Of a stretch of 48,803 bases of DNA, positions 9,786-19,102 are shown piece by piece (position 1 is the stretch's first letter; every line of letters starts with the position of its first letter). The notes beneath the pieces were generated by a model. That model saw only the letters and a program-made list of their open reading frames with translations, was not told the origin of the DNA and ran no database searches. The DNA is from Saprospiraceae bacterium (lineage in GTDB: Bacteria; Bacteroidota; Bacteroidia; Chitinophagales; Saprospiraceae). The stretch covers positions 1 to 48,803 of the forward strand of contig JABSSK010000002.1 in NCBI GenBank assembly GCA_013214265.1, read 5' to 3'. Both the position numbers and the translations under genes were made by a program.

Positions 9786-10748
9786 TTATTCTTCTTCCAA
9801 AATACGGCTGATATCATCGAGTTTCAGGAGTGTCGTTTGTTGACCTGGGAAGTACATCGGTGCGAACCGGGCATTCTCTTGAATTTCAATGGCAGCGTAA
9901 GACCTATTGGCATGCACATTATGAGCAAAGGTTTCATCATACCCTTCGATTAGTATTATGAATTCTGCTTGCATAGCTTGTAAATCCTTACAACTGAGTT
10001 GATACAAAGGTGAATTAAGATCAATAGGGTGTACAATGGTCCAATTTAGAGGAAAAAGAGCAACGCCTGCTCTTTCTAGTTCCATAGGCGCAAACTTTCG
10101 GTTAGGGTTTCCGGCTTCGTCTTTTTCAATCCACGACATAGCCACCTTAGCATTTAAGTTAATAATGTTGTTACTTCTACGATTGACGATTCTAAATTGA
10201 AAGCTCTTTCCTTTTTGGTAGGGAGCAATCAAAGCATTCTTGCTGAACAAGATTTGCGCTTTAGGGCGCGCAAACCGAGCAAAAAGTAAACCCGTCGCTA
10301 GCGCAAAAGCCAGTAGCCCAGCAAAAGCATTTAGGGTGGCTATGAAATTGGCTATAAATCCAACCGGACTTATGGTTCCATAGCCTACGGTAGTGAAAGT
10401 TTGGACACTAAAGAAGAAGAGTTCTAAAAATAAAGCGATACCATTTTCATAATGCAGTCCGGAGAAACCATCATCACCGCAAAGAATAAAAAGTATAGCG
10501 AAAAAGATATTGATGAGGTAATAGGCAATCATCATGATTAAAAAGAAACGGGGCCAAGTCATTTCTATTAGTTCCTGATAAGGCGTCCAGCCTTTATTAC
10601 CGGTTCTTTCTACATTAAAAGAACCATCAGATCGTATAAGTCGTCCCTGTTGGGCGGTAAATTTGTTACCAAACCCTAAATCATTTTCCGCATTAGCAGC
10701 GGAATGAGATCGAGAAGAAGATGAAGATTTGAAGCCAGGTAACCGCAT
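9786..10748 (-). CDS. Inward-rectifier-type potassium channel (KirBac family)
   Basis: TVGYG selectivity filter between two TM helices. FARFARPKAQILFS junction and a cytoplasmic beta-rich C-domain collinear with KirBac1.1. The start is either ATG 10748 (MRLPGF) or ATG 10787. Confidence 0.85.
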   Translation of the reverse strand: MRLPGFKSSSSSRSHSAANAENDLGFGNKFTAQQGRLIRSDGSFNVERTGNKGWTPYQELIEMTWPRFFLIMMIAYYLINIFFAILFILCGDDGFSGLHYENGIALFLELFFFSVQTFTTVGYGTISPVGFIANFIATLNAFAGLLAFALATGLLFARFARPKAQILFSKNALIAPYQKGKSFQFRIVNRRSNNIINLNAKVAMSWIEKDEAGNPNRKFAPMELERAGVALFPLNWTIVHPIDLNSPLYQLSCKDLQAMQAEFIILIEGYDETFAHNVHANRSYAAIEIQENARFAPMYFPGQQTTLLKLDDISRILEEE

Positions 10749-10785
10749 ATTTACTACTTTGCGATAAAAGTAAAAAGAATCTGGC

Positions 10786-11877
10786 ATGAGACCTTTATCT
10801 ATTGATCCTGATATACGGAAAGCCTCGACTTTACCTGCTGACTTTTACACGGACCCTGTATATTATGAACGTACTAAAGAAGCCATATTTTCTACTTTTT
10901 GGCATTATGTAGGTGATGAACAGGATATCGCTGCAGCTGGAAATACATGGCCTTTTACGCTTCTTCCTGATTGTATGGATGAGCCTTTACTGATTACTCG
11001 TAATAAGCAAGGGCATTGGTTCGCTATGAGTAATGTTTGTACACATCGAGGGAATATTCTCGTAGAAAAACCGGGGCATGTCAGGATGTTGACCTGCCGA
11101 TACCATGGTCGTTGTTTTTCTCTGGAAGGTAAGTTTAAGTCTATGCCCGCATTCAAAGAAGCGGTTGATTTTCCGAGGCCTGAGGATGACCTGCCTCAAA
11201 TATCACTTGCTCAATGGTTGGGTTTGCATTTTGTATCCTTGAATCCTGCTGTACCATGGTCAACGATTGTTTCTCCAATAGAAGACCGAGTTTCATTTCT
11301 TGCACTAGATACGCTGCAGTTTATTCCAGAAGAGTCAAAAACATTCTCCGTAAAAGCAAATTGGGCACTTTATTGTGATAATTATTTAGAAGGACTGCAC
11401 ATTCCTTTTGTTCATCCAGCACTTAACGCTGCAATTGATTTTAATGCCTACGAATACCATCAGTTTCCATATACTAATTTACAGGTAGGAGAAGCTGATG
11501 AGGGACAGCCCGCTTTTGAACTTCCCGATGGGCATCCTGATTTTGGTCGTTCTATCTACGCATACTACTTTTGGGTATTCCCTAATCTGATGTTTAATTT
11601 TTATCCGTGGGGTTTATCCCTGAATTTAGTCCTTCCTAAAGGTGTTGACCAGTGCCAGATTATTTTCAGAACCTATCGGTTTGCTGATGCATCTATTGAT
11701 CGATCGGTACATGCGATTGATGAAACCGAGTTGGAAGATGAAGCTGTTGTGGAGCTGGTGCAGAGGGGGATCAGATCCAGATTGTATCACCAGGGGCGAT
11801 TTTCTCCCACTATGGAGCCTAACGTACACCACTTTCATAGTCTTTTAGCTCACTTCATCAACCAATCTGTGGGGTGA
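10786..11877 (+). CDS. Rieske [2Fe-2S] non-heme-iron oxygenase, alpha-subunit type
   Basis: Rieske motif CTHRG-x16-CRYHG. Mononuclear iron motif DNYLEGLHIPFVH (H-x4-H). Confidence 0.85.
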   Translation: MRPLSIDPDIRKASTLPADFYTDPVYYERTKEAIFSTFWHYVGDEQDIAAAGNTWPFTLLPDCMDEPLLITRNKQGHWFAMSNVCTHRGNILVEKPGHVRMLTCRYHGRCFSLEGKFKSMPAFKEAVDFPRPEDDLPQISLAQWLGLHFVSLNPAVPWSTIVSPIEDRVSFLALDTLQFIPEESKTFSVKANWALYCDNYLEGLHIPFVHPALNAAIDFNAYEYHQFPYTNLQVGEADEGQPAFELPDGHPDFGRSIYAYYFWVFPNLMFNFYPWGLSLNLVLPKGVDQCQIIFRTYRFADASIDRSVHAIDETELEDEAVVELVQRGIRSRLYHQGRFSPTMEPNVHHFHSLLAHFINQSVG

Positions 11878-11897
11878 TCGCAATCGTAATAAATGCC

Positions 11898-14279
11898 TCA
11901 ATTAAAGAACTTACGATTGGGTGTTGGGTAGGCTGGTCGGTGGTTATGCCTTTCGAAGCTAGGTAAGTAGTGCCTGAAAAAAAGCATTAGGATGCACAGC
12001 ATGATGACGGCTGAAGCTAGCCCTATTTGCATCCAGAGGGTTTGTTTTTTGCGTATTGAACTGGTTACAATGTAGGCATTAGCAGCATTAGGCGACCCGT
12101 CGCCAAGGGACATTTTCCAATTTTCTGGCTCACTATTATCCAACCGAGGTAATAATAATTCGAGTGTGAAGGTACTGTCAGAGGGCGAAATGGTGTATGA
12201 AACACTATCAATAAGAGCACCTTCAGGCGTAAAGATTTCTATTGTTTCCTGGTGTTTATTAATGCCAAAATCCAAATCGCCAATTACGTTGTAGGCACGT
12301 GGGTATGCCAGCTTAAAGTCAGCTTCATCTTCACAGATAACTAAGTAGTCGTTCGGTCCAATTTGTGCTTGTTCTGGCAGTTGAAATGCATTTCCATTGG
12401 CATCCCGGAGAATAAACGCACTTAAACTTATTCTTTGGTCCGTACTATTATACAGTTCAACCCAATCTTCTGATTTTTTATTGTTTGGTGAAATTTCATT
12501 GATGTGTATTACACCTGCTAGTGGGTGGTCAAATTTTTTGAAAACGGCTTTTAGGCGGTACCCTTCCTTTCGGTCGAGTTTGAGGAATAATTCATGACTC
12601 TGACCTGTATAATCAAGACCTTCCCAATGGGAGAACTGATATCCATAATTAGGTATAGCCCTTAAGGTTACCGGAATGCGTTCAAAGTATTGGCCGCGAA
12701 AAGGTTGTTGCTTAATGATTAGATTCTTATTCAATTCGACACGACCACCTTCGCTGGCTTCTAACTGGAGGGTGCGCTTATCCCCGCTGGCAAACATCTC
12801 TTGAAGATGGCCCCAGACATAAGAGGGGCGGTCATGCAAGAAGTTTCTAATGCGTTTTAAGTCGTAATCCCATTGTACGCTGTGGATCCGCCATCTCTCC
12901 AAATGCCGGGGCATTTCTGGCTGTAGGGTCTGGTACATCCGCTCTAGTTCGTAAAGCATATCTGGAGCCTGTAAGTCTGTATTCAAACGATCTGCAAATC
13001 GGTTGATAAATCGAGCTCGAAAAGCATCATTGGTAAGTAGCGTCCGTAGCATAAAAGTGGACCAAGGCGGGTTAGGCCAATTAGGGCCATTTGACTCAGT
13101 ATGGAATGCTAGGCTATTGTGGGATACAGCATCTTTGAAGTGCAGTCCCAATCCCCAATCGGTGTCGTATAAGATCCATCTCCAACGGGTACCTTTGGAT
13201 TCTGGTTGCCAGAATCGAATATTTCCACCAGCGTCCCGATTATCGAAAAAGATTTGTGCAATTTGATGATCAATAAAATTGTCAACGTCTATTTGTTTGC
13301 GAACAATAGCATAATTGATGGGGTCACTGATGTCATGCTCATGCATAAATGATAATAAGCGCTGATAGGGCCGGCGACTCCCTTGCTTAAGTGTCATGTA
13401 ATGCTCTAATAGATTAATGCTATCCTTATCGACATCATGATGGCTGGCTAAGAAGTGGCGATTTATTTTTTCGCGAATGTTATAGATTCCCCAGTAAGAG
13501 CCATTGAGGTAGACGTGTGCGGGACGGTACGCTTGCACATCGAGATTCCAATCTTTAACAATCGTTGCAATAAGTGGGTCCCGCAGATGTGCTCGGCCCC
13601 AGTCCGATCCGCTATTGCGGAGTATGAGGTACTTAAATTTACTTTTTTCTTTTTTGCCGAAGACAGGGTAGTCTATTTTTTTGGGACCATAATCTTCGCG
13701 TGCGACCAAAGCAATTGATTTTTGCGGAAAGAGTCTACTCATACCACCAAACAATCTGAAACCAATAGGGTGGTTTAATACCTGCTCACCATTGGCCTCA
13801 TAGAATTCTAGATCTGCTTCAACCTCTCGGCGAGACCAAAAATTAGCTCCTGGTTGTGCGCTTTTTGCGGTATCCGCCTGACTTCCTTGAACAAATAGTC
13901 CTTGAACCGGATCAAATAGGAGTTGTGGAGAAATAGAAAGGGCAACTACGGGAATTTGGCTTACTGGTTCCTGAATAAAGTAAGTTTGTGTGAAGGAGGA
14001 GCTATATTCCCCATCCTGATAGGCTATTGCCCGCACAGTAGTTGTTTGGTTTATGTCAATGGCTCCCCGATATTGGAATGACCTTCGAGTTGGTTCTTGG
14101 CCGTCAAGCGTATAGTAGATCCTAGTATCTGGTGCATGTAAAGTTACACTTTGTGGTGTAGAGTACAGGCCACCTTCGATCGAAAAGGTGATGATCGGTG
14201 GGGGAATTTGTGAAGCAATTTGTGCTTTCAGTACATGGGACAGTGCCAGGGTAAGAACCAGGCATCGGAATATATACAA
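11898..14279 (-). CDS. CotH-family protein with N-terminal chitobiase/Fn3-associated-like domain, lamin-tail domain and C-terminal membrane anchor
   Basis: TTG start (uncertain). Central CotH-like region (YLILRNSGSDW, IYNIREKI, FWQPESKGTRWRWILYDTDWGLG). LTD-like segment INEISPNNKKSEDWVELYN. TM helix LWMQIGLASAVIMLCILMLFF near the C-terminus. Confidence 0.75.
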   Translation of the reverse strand: MYIFRCLVLTLALSHVLKAQIASQIPPPIITFSIEGGLYSTPQSVTLHAPDTRIYYTLDGQEPTRRSFQYRGAIDINQTTTVRAIAYQDGEYSSSFTQTYFIQEPVSQIPVVALSISPQLLFDPVQGLFVQGSQADTAKSAQPGANFWSRREVEADLEFYEANGEQVLNHPIGFRLFGGMSRLFPQKSIALVAREDYGPKKIDYPVFGKKEKSKFKYLILRNSGSDWGRAHLRDPLIATIVKDWNLDVQAYRPAHVYLNGSYWGIYNIREKINRHFLASHHDVDKDSINLLEHYMTLKQGSRRPYQRLLSFMHEHDISDPINYAIVRKQIDVDNFIDHQIAQIFFDNRDAGGNIRFWQPESKGTRWRWILYDTDWGLGLHFKDAVSHNSLAFHTESNGPNWPNPPWSTFMLRTLLTNDAFRARFINRFADRLNTDLQAPDMLYELERMYQTLQPEMPRHLERWRIHSVQWDYDLKRIRNFLHDRPSYVWGHLQEMFASGDKRTLQLEASEGGRVELNKNLIIKQQPFRGQYFERIPVTLRAIPNYGYQFSHWEGLDYTGQSHELFLKLDRKEGYRLKAVFKKFDHPLAGVIHINEISPNNKKSEDWVELYNSTDQRISLSAFILRDANGNAFQLPEQAQIGPNDYLVICEDEADFKLAYPRAYNVIGDLDFGINKHQETIEIFTPEGALIDSVSYTISPSDSTFTLELLLPRLDNSEPENWKMSLGDGSPNAANAYIVTSSIRKKQTLWMQIGLASAVIMLCILMLFFRHYLPSFERHNHRPAYPTPNRKFFN

Positions 14280-14511
14280 CGTTTTATCGGTTTAATTGTA
14301 AGAAAACAAATTTACATATATTTTTTTTCTAGGTAAAGTGTTTACGTAAAATAAGCTGTGAGATGAAGTGTAACTTATTCATCAAAGTACACACATGCAA
14401 AATGACCTCTACCAAGAGGTAACGACGAAACCATACAAATTGCATATCTTGCTGCTTTTTAACAAGCACCATTGGTGCGAACATATTGCTATATCGTAGC
14501 TTGTAAGATCT

Positions 14512-15069
14512 ATGAAAAGACTATTCTGCAAGTGGATCATGCTGGATGTATTAGGTTGGAAGATCACTGGGCATTTCCCTTCGCATGAGGAGGCCCCCAA
14601 GTATATCGTTGTGGCTGCCCCGCATACCACAAATTGGGATTTACCGTTAGGGTTGGCAACGAGCGCTATTGAAAGGGCTCGGATTGGTTTTATCGGGAAG
14701 GAATCATTATTTAGACCACTGTATGGGTGGTTCTTTCGGTTTTTAGGCGGGATTCCTGTAAATCGATCAAAAAGCTCTAATTACGTATCATCCGTAGTTG
14801 ATGTCATTCATGCACGGGAAAGATTTGCTATTTGCATAGCACCTGAGGGTACCCGACAACGAGTAGAAAAGCTTCGTACAGGTTTTTATTGGATTGCTCG
14901 GGAAGCTGGTATTCCATTGGTACTTACAGCATTAGATTATGAGCACAAAGAGCTTAGAATAAGTGATTTGGTCTACACAACCGACAACGACGAGGCTGAC
15001 CTAGAGCAAATCCTTAATTTTTTCAGGGGTGTTAAGGGAAAACATCCTGAAAAAAGCAGCTATTTCTGA
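14512..15069 (+). CDS. 1-acyl-sn-glycerol-3-phosphate acyltransferase-family protein
   Basis: H-x4-D acyltransferase motif (HTTNWD) and the PEGTR block. Confidence 0.8.
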   Translation: MKRLFCKWIMLDVLGWKITGHFPSHEEAPKYIVVAAPHTTNWDLPLGLATSAIERARIGFIGKESLFRPLYGWFFRFLGGIPVNRSKSSNYVSSVVDVIHARERFAICIAPEGTRQRVEKLRTGFYWIAREAGIPLVLTALDYEHKELRISDLVYTTDNDEADLEQILNFFRGVKGKHPEKSSYF

Positions 15070-16064
15070 GGTAGTTTTTGGCTTACCTCTGCGTCAAAAA
15101 GTGCTGGGCGCTGTGATATTTCATGATAGCAAATGACGTCTTCACAAAAGTAGTGCGCTACTAGTGATTTTCGAGTAGCCCCTTCCTGATGGATAGCACT
15201 TCCCCCATGGAGTAAATTGGCGTGCCAAATCAGCAGATCACCGGGCTGCGCATGAAATACGCTAGGTTGCAGGTTCTTTTCTCGGATTAATTCATCAATA
15301 GTATCTTCATAACGTGTATTACTTTGGGCACCAATGGTTAAGCTGGTGTTTCCAGAATTATAATCGGGAGTCATGAGATAGGGAAGGGTATGACTCCCTG
15401 GATAGTACACGACCGGACCATTTTGATCAGTAATATTTTCCAGGGCTATCCAACAAGCAATTAAATACCCAAGTGGTTGGGTGGTCATATGAATGGAATC
15501 CGAATGCGCCCTTTGTTCGCTTCCTTGCAAAAAGTTGATGGTTTGGAAAGGGATTACCGGTTTACCAATAATAAAAGAGAGTAAATCGGTCAGTTCTTTT
15601 CTTCTGAAAAAGGTGTCATTAATAACAGGTGAATGCTTATAAGACTGCATTATTTTTCGTCCTGTATAGTGAAATCCTACTTTGTTGCTTTGCAGTAGGG
15701 TGTCTATATCTTTATTGGCTTGTTCTACCTCTTCAGTTGAGAAAAACCCGGGAATGATCATATAGCCATCCGTTACAAATTGGTTGAGTTGCTGTTGGAT
15801 AACTGGTGAAAAGGAAGCGTATTGGGGATGATTTTTTAAAGATTCAATAGCATTAGGCCTATCAAGCCATGGTATGTCCTTGGCTTGATCTTTAAAATTC
15901 TGATTACCCAAGGATTGATAGATACTGCGTTTGACTCCATATTTTTTATAGAGTTTGCGATTGTGTTGCAGTTTACTGGGGTGAAGAATATTATGGAGGA
16001 CATAAGTCAGTTTGAACTGACGAACAATCCGAGTAAGTATTCCTTTTAAAGAAGCCATTTGCAT
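15060..16064 (-). CDS. Phytanoyl-CoA dioxygenase (PhyH)-family Fe(II)/2-oxoglutarate oxygenase
   Basis: HSD facial-triad-like motif (RAHSDS) and a distal HANLLHGG. Length and layout are typical of PhyH-family proteins. Confidence 0.65.
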   Translation of the reverse strand: MQMASLKGILTRIVRQFKLTYVLHNILHPSKLQHNRKLYKKYGVKRSIYQSLGNQNFKDQAKDIPWLDRPNAIESLKNHPQYASFSPVIQQQLNQFVTDGYMIIPGFFSTEEVEQANKDIDTLLQSNKVGFHYTGRKIMQSYKHSPVINDTFFRRKELTDLLSFIIGKPVIPFQTINFLQGSEQRAHSDSIHMTTQPLGYLIACWIALENITDQNGPVVYYPGSHTLPYLMTPDYNSGNTSLTIGAQSNTRYEDTIDELIREKNLQPSVFHAQPGDLLIWHANLLHGGSAIHQEGATRKSLVAHYFCEDVICYHEISQRPALFDAEVSQKLPQK

Positions 16065-16215
16065 AAAAATTGTCCTTACATAAAGGTATATAAACAGCGT
16101 GTGTTGACCGTTTTTTTTTCGATTTATTCCTACGTTATTTTATTGTCCTGATGCAGTCAAATTGCTGACTTTGTAAGGTTGATTTTCTACCTTTAGCGTA
16201 TCATATTTAGTATTT

Positions 16216-18354
16216 ATGTATAGTTCAGAAGAGCAAAGATCTTTGGTGCAAACCACCAAAATGTACTTAACAAAAGATTCACCTCAAAAAAATCAGGCTT
16301 TAGAGGATCAGGTTATTGATTTGCGAAAGCTGATTGAGTTTCATGAGTACCGCTATTATATCTTAAATAGTCCATTGATTAGCGACTATGAGTATGATCA
16401 GTTATTTAAGCAGTTGGAACACATCGAAGCGGATCATCCCCATTTACTGCGTCCTGATTCACCTACCCAGCGGGTATCTGATGATTTGACTTCAGATTTT
16501 CCTTCAGTTGCTCATTTAACACCCATGTTGTCGTTAGCTAATTCCTATAATGCAGAAGATTTGAAGGATTGGGACGAGCAATTGAAGCGCCTTTGGAACA
16601 TTCCGGAACATGTAGATATAGAATATGCAGTTGAGCCTAAGTTTGATGGAGGTAGTATTGCGCTTGTTTTTGAGGATGATATGCTCACTCGGGGAGCTAC
16701 GCGTGGTAATGGTACCTTGGGCGAAGAAATGACTAATAATGCCCGGGTTATTCGATCGATTCCTTTGCGAGCGGCTTTTTCGGATGTTGGTCTTTTTCGT
16801 GTTGAATTACGAGGTGAGGTTGTAATTCGCAAGGATAACTTCGAAAAGATAAATCAGCAAAGGGCTAAGGACGGATTATCATTGTTTGCAAACGCCCGAA
16901 ATACGGCTACTGGCGGATTGCGTATGAAAGATCCAAAGGAGGTGGCAAAGCGGGGTATGGAAGCTTTTGTATATACGTTAGGCTTCGCTCAGGATAAAGA
17001 TGGAACAGAGGCTATTAATCAGTTTAAGACACACTACGAAAGCCTGGACCTGCTGCACAATTTAGGGTTCAAAGTTCCTTTAGACGGTACAGAAAGAAAA
17101 CTATGTAATAATATTAGTACAGTAATTGAATTTTGCGAAAGCTGGGAAAAAAGAAGAGAAGCCTATCCTTATGAAGTAGATGGTATGGTCGTTAAGGTGA
17201 ATGATCGTGTTTTGCAGGAGCGTGCGGGTTATACAGCTCATCATCCTCGTTGGGCGATGGCCTACAAATTCAAGGCTAAACAGGCCACATCAAAACTTCT
17301 TCAGGTTACGTATCAAGTTGGGAAAGTAGGCTCGATTACACCGGTTGCTAAAGTAGAGCCAGTTCAATTGGCTGGGGTAACCGTTTCAAGTGTTTCTCTA
17401 CACAATGAGGATTTTATTACCTCCAAAGATTTACGAATTGGCGATACGGTTCTGGTAGAGCGCGCTGGCGACGTTATTCCTTACATTGTAAAGGCTATGG
17501 ATGATGTACGAGATGGCTCCGAGGAACCTATTGTTTTCCCTGTTAATTGTCCCATCAACGACACGGATAATCCGGTTGAATTAGTTCGGGAAGGAGGGGA
17601 AGCTGCCTGGCGCTGTTCATCCTGTGTATGCGGTGTTCAGGATCTTCAAAAGGTTATATTTCATGTTTCGAAATCAGCTATGGATATAGAAGGTCTGGGG
17701 AAATCCATTGTTGAGCGTTTTTATGATTTAGGTTTGCTGCGGAATATATCTGATGTCTATCAGTTGGATTATGATCAGATCCGTACTTTAGAGGGCTTTG
17801 GAGAAAAGTCTGTTGAAAACCTTAAATTATCAATTGATAAAGCTAAACATAACCCGATACATAGGTTACTGCATAGTTTGAGTATCCATCATTTGGGAAA
17901 GAAGGTGTCCAAGCTTTTATCCGCTGAACTTGATCACGTTTTGGATTTAGCGGAGTGGAGTTTAGATGATTTTACATGTATCAAGGATGTTGGACCTGTT
18001 GTTGCTGAAAAGGTTATTCTCTATTTCTCAAAACCTGAGCATATAGCTATGCTTAAAAAGATGGAATCGTTAGGTGTTAACCTTACGCAGACAGAGGATG
18101 ATCGCCCAAAAGCTCAAGTGACAGACGGCCCCTTTGTAGGTAAAACTATTTTATTCACAGGATCTTTACAGACGATGAGCCGAAAGGAAGCACAAGCTAA
18201 AGCGGAGGCGGCCGGAGCCAAAAATATAAGTGCCGTTAGTAGCAACCTTAATATTTTAGTAGTAGGGGAGAAAGCAGGATCTAAACTCCGAAAAGCGGAA
18301 ACTTTGGGTACAGTCCATATTATGACAGAAGAAGCATTTTTAGCGCTTTTGTAG
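16216..18354 (+). CDS. ligA: NAD-dependent DNA ligase
   Basis: Adenylation lysine motif EPKFDG. Ia domain (YYILNSPLISDYEYDQL), Cys4 zinc finger region, HhH repeats and a C-terminal BRCT (GKTILFTGSL). The start could also be the internal Met16. Confidence 0.95.
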   Translation: MYSSEEQRSLVQTTKMYLTKDSPQKNQALEDQVIDLRKLIEFHEYRYYILNSPLISDYEYDQLFKQLEHIEADHPHLLRPDSPTQRVSDDLTSDFPSVAHLTPMLSLANSYNAEDLKDWDEQLKRLWNIPEHVDIEYAVEPKFDGGSIALVFEDDMLTRGATRGNGTLGEEMTNNARVIRSIPLRAAFSDVGLFRVELRGEVVIRKDNFEKINQQRAKDGLSLFANARNTATGGLRMKDPKEVAKRGMEAFVYTLGFAQDKDGTEAINQFKTHYESLDLLHNLGFKVPLDGTERKLCNNISTVIEFCESWEKRREAYPYEVDGMVVKVNDRVLQERAGYTAHHPRWAMAYKFKAKQATSKLLQVTYQVGKVGSITPVAKVEPVQLAGVTVSSVSLHNEDFITSKDLRIGDTVLVERAGDVIPYIVKAMDDVRDGSEEPIVFPVNCPINDTDNPVELVREGGEAAWRCSSCVCGVQDLQKVIFHVSKSAMDIEGLGKSIVERFYDLGLLRNISDVYQLDYDQIRTLEGFGEKSVENLKLSIDKAKHNPIHRLLHSLSIHHLGKKVSKLLSAELDHVLDLAEWSLDDFTCIKDVGPVVAEKVILYFSKPEHIAMLKKMESLGVNLTQTEDDRPKAQVTDGPFVGKTILFTGSLQTMSRKEAQAKAEAAGAKNISAVSSNLNILVVGEKAGSKLRKAETLGTVHIMTEEAFLALL

Positions 18355-18876
18355 CTGTGCAATGAGCGCATCTAACTGATTTTGATCAATATTGGTTGGC
18401 GACACACCTGATAGCTTTTGGAGATGCTTTTGTGCAGCCTGGGGGTTATTACTGGCGAGTTCTGTGAGAGCCAAGTACCACAGGGACTCAGGATATTGTG
18501 TGCTCGATGCGCGTACTTGTTGTAAGCTTTTTCGGGCTTCCTCTGGACTTTGATTGGCTAATAAGGATATGCCTCGGTACAGCATGAAGCCACTATCTTT
18601 TTGTTGTGCGGCCAGTTCACTAAATAAGATGGCTGATTGTGGGTAGTTTCCTTCCTTTAATAATCGAAAGGCCTGTGCTTCTAAGGTACGGGCAGCGGTA
18701 CCTGCTTTAGGTAACTTTTCTTCAGGAATCTCAAAAGAAAAGAATTGTTGAAACAGGTCTTTGGGGACTGGCTGGTTAGGTTGGCAACTAAAAATAAGGG
18801 TTCCTAGTATGAGAATCACAAATAGGGTAGTCTTTGACAATGGCTTAATTTTTGGATATGTGCTTTTAATATTCAC
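18340..18876 (-). CDS. TPR-like lipoprotein
   Basis: Signal peptide with LIFSC lipobox. Helical TPR-like repeats (YPQSAILFSELAAQ, YPESLWYLALTELA). Confidence 0.6.
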   Translation of the reverse strand: MNIKSTYPKIKPLSKTTLFVILILGTLIFSCQPNQPVPKDLFQQFFSFEIPEEKLPKAGTAARTLEAQAFRLLKEGNYPQSAILFSELAAQQKDSGFMLYRGISLLANQSPEEARKSLQQVRASSTQYPESLWYLALTELASNNPQAAQKHLQKLSGVSPTNIDQNQLDALIAQLQKR

Positions 18877-19024
18877 AGAATATTTATATTTTTATAATGG
18901 TAGTAGAAACTATTACATAGCTTTGTTTACTACCTATATACATATCCGTAAGCTATTTCTAACCACTTTCTCTATTATTTAACAACCGGTTGTGCCAAAA
19001 TGGTTTCACTAGAGACACTGCAGT

Positions 19025-19075
19025 GCTGCAGACATCTGGCAGGTCCCCCCGTCATGATGCTGCAGCTATTTTTTT
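19025..19075 (+). terminator. Intrinsic-terminator-like hairpin plus T7 tract with no upstream plus-strand gene
   Basis: GCTGCAG(A)CATC at 19025..19036 pairs with GATGCTGCAGC at 19056..19066. This gives an 11-bp stem with one bulged A and a 19-nt loop, followed by TATTTTTTT (T7 at 19069..19075). Confidence 0.4.
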
Positions 19076-19102
19076 GGCTTCGTACCTCAGGTTACCTGAG
19101 GC

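Noticed and set aside
19036-19056. CTGGCAGGTCCCCCC resembles the 3' arm of E. coli 4.5S (SRP) RNA (CUGGCAGGGCCCCC)
   Set aside because: No complementary G-rich 5' arm exists, and no conserved domain IV motif (GGAA/AGCA loops) lies nearby on either strand. The resemblance is short and probably coincidental.
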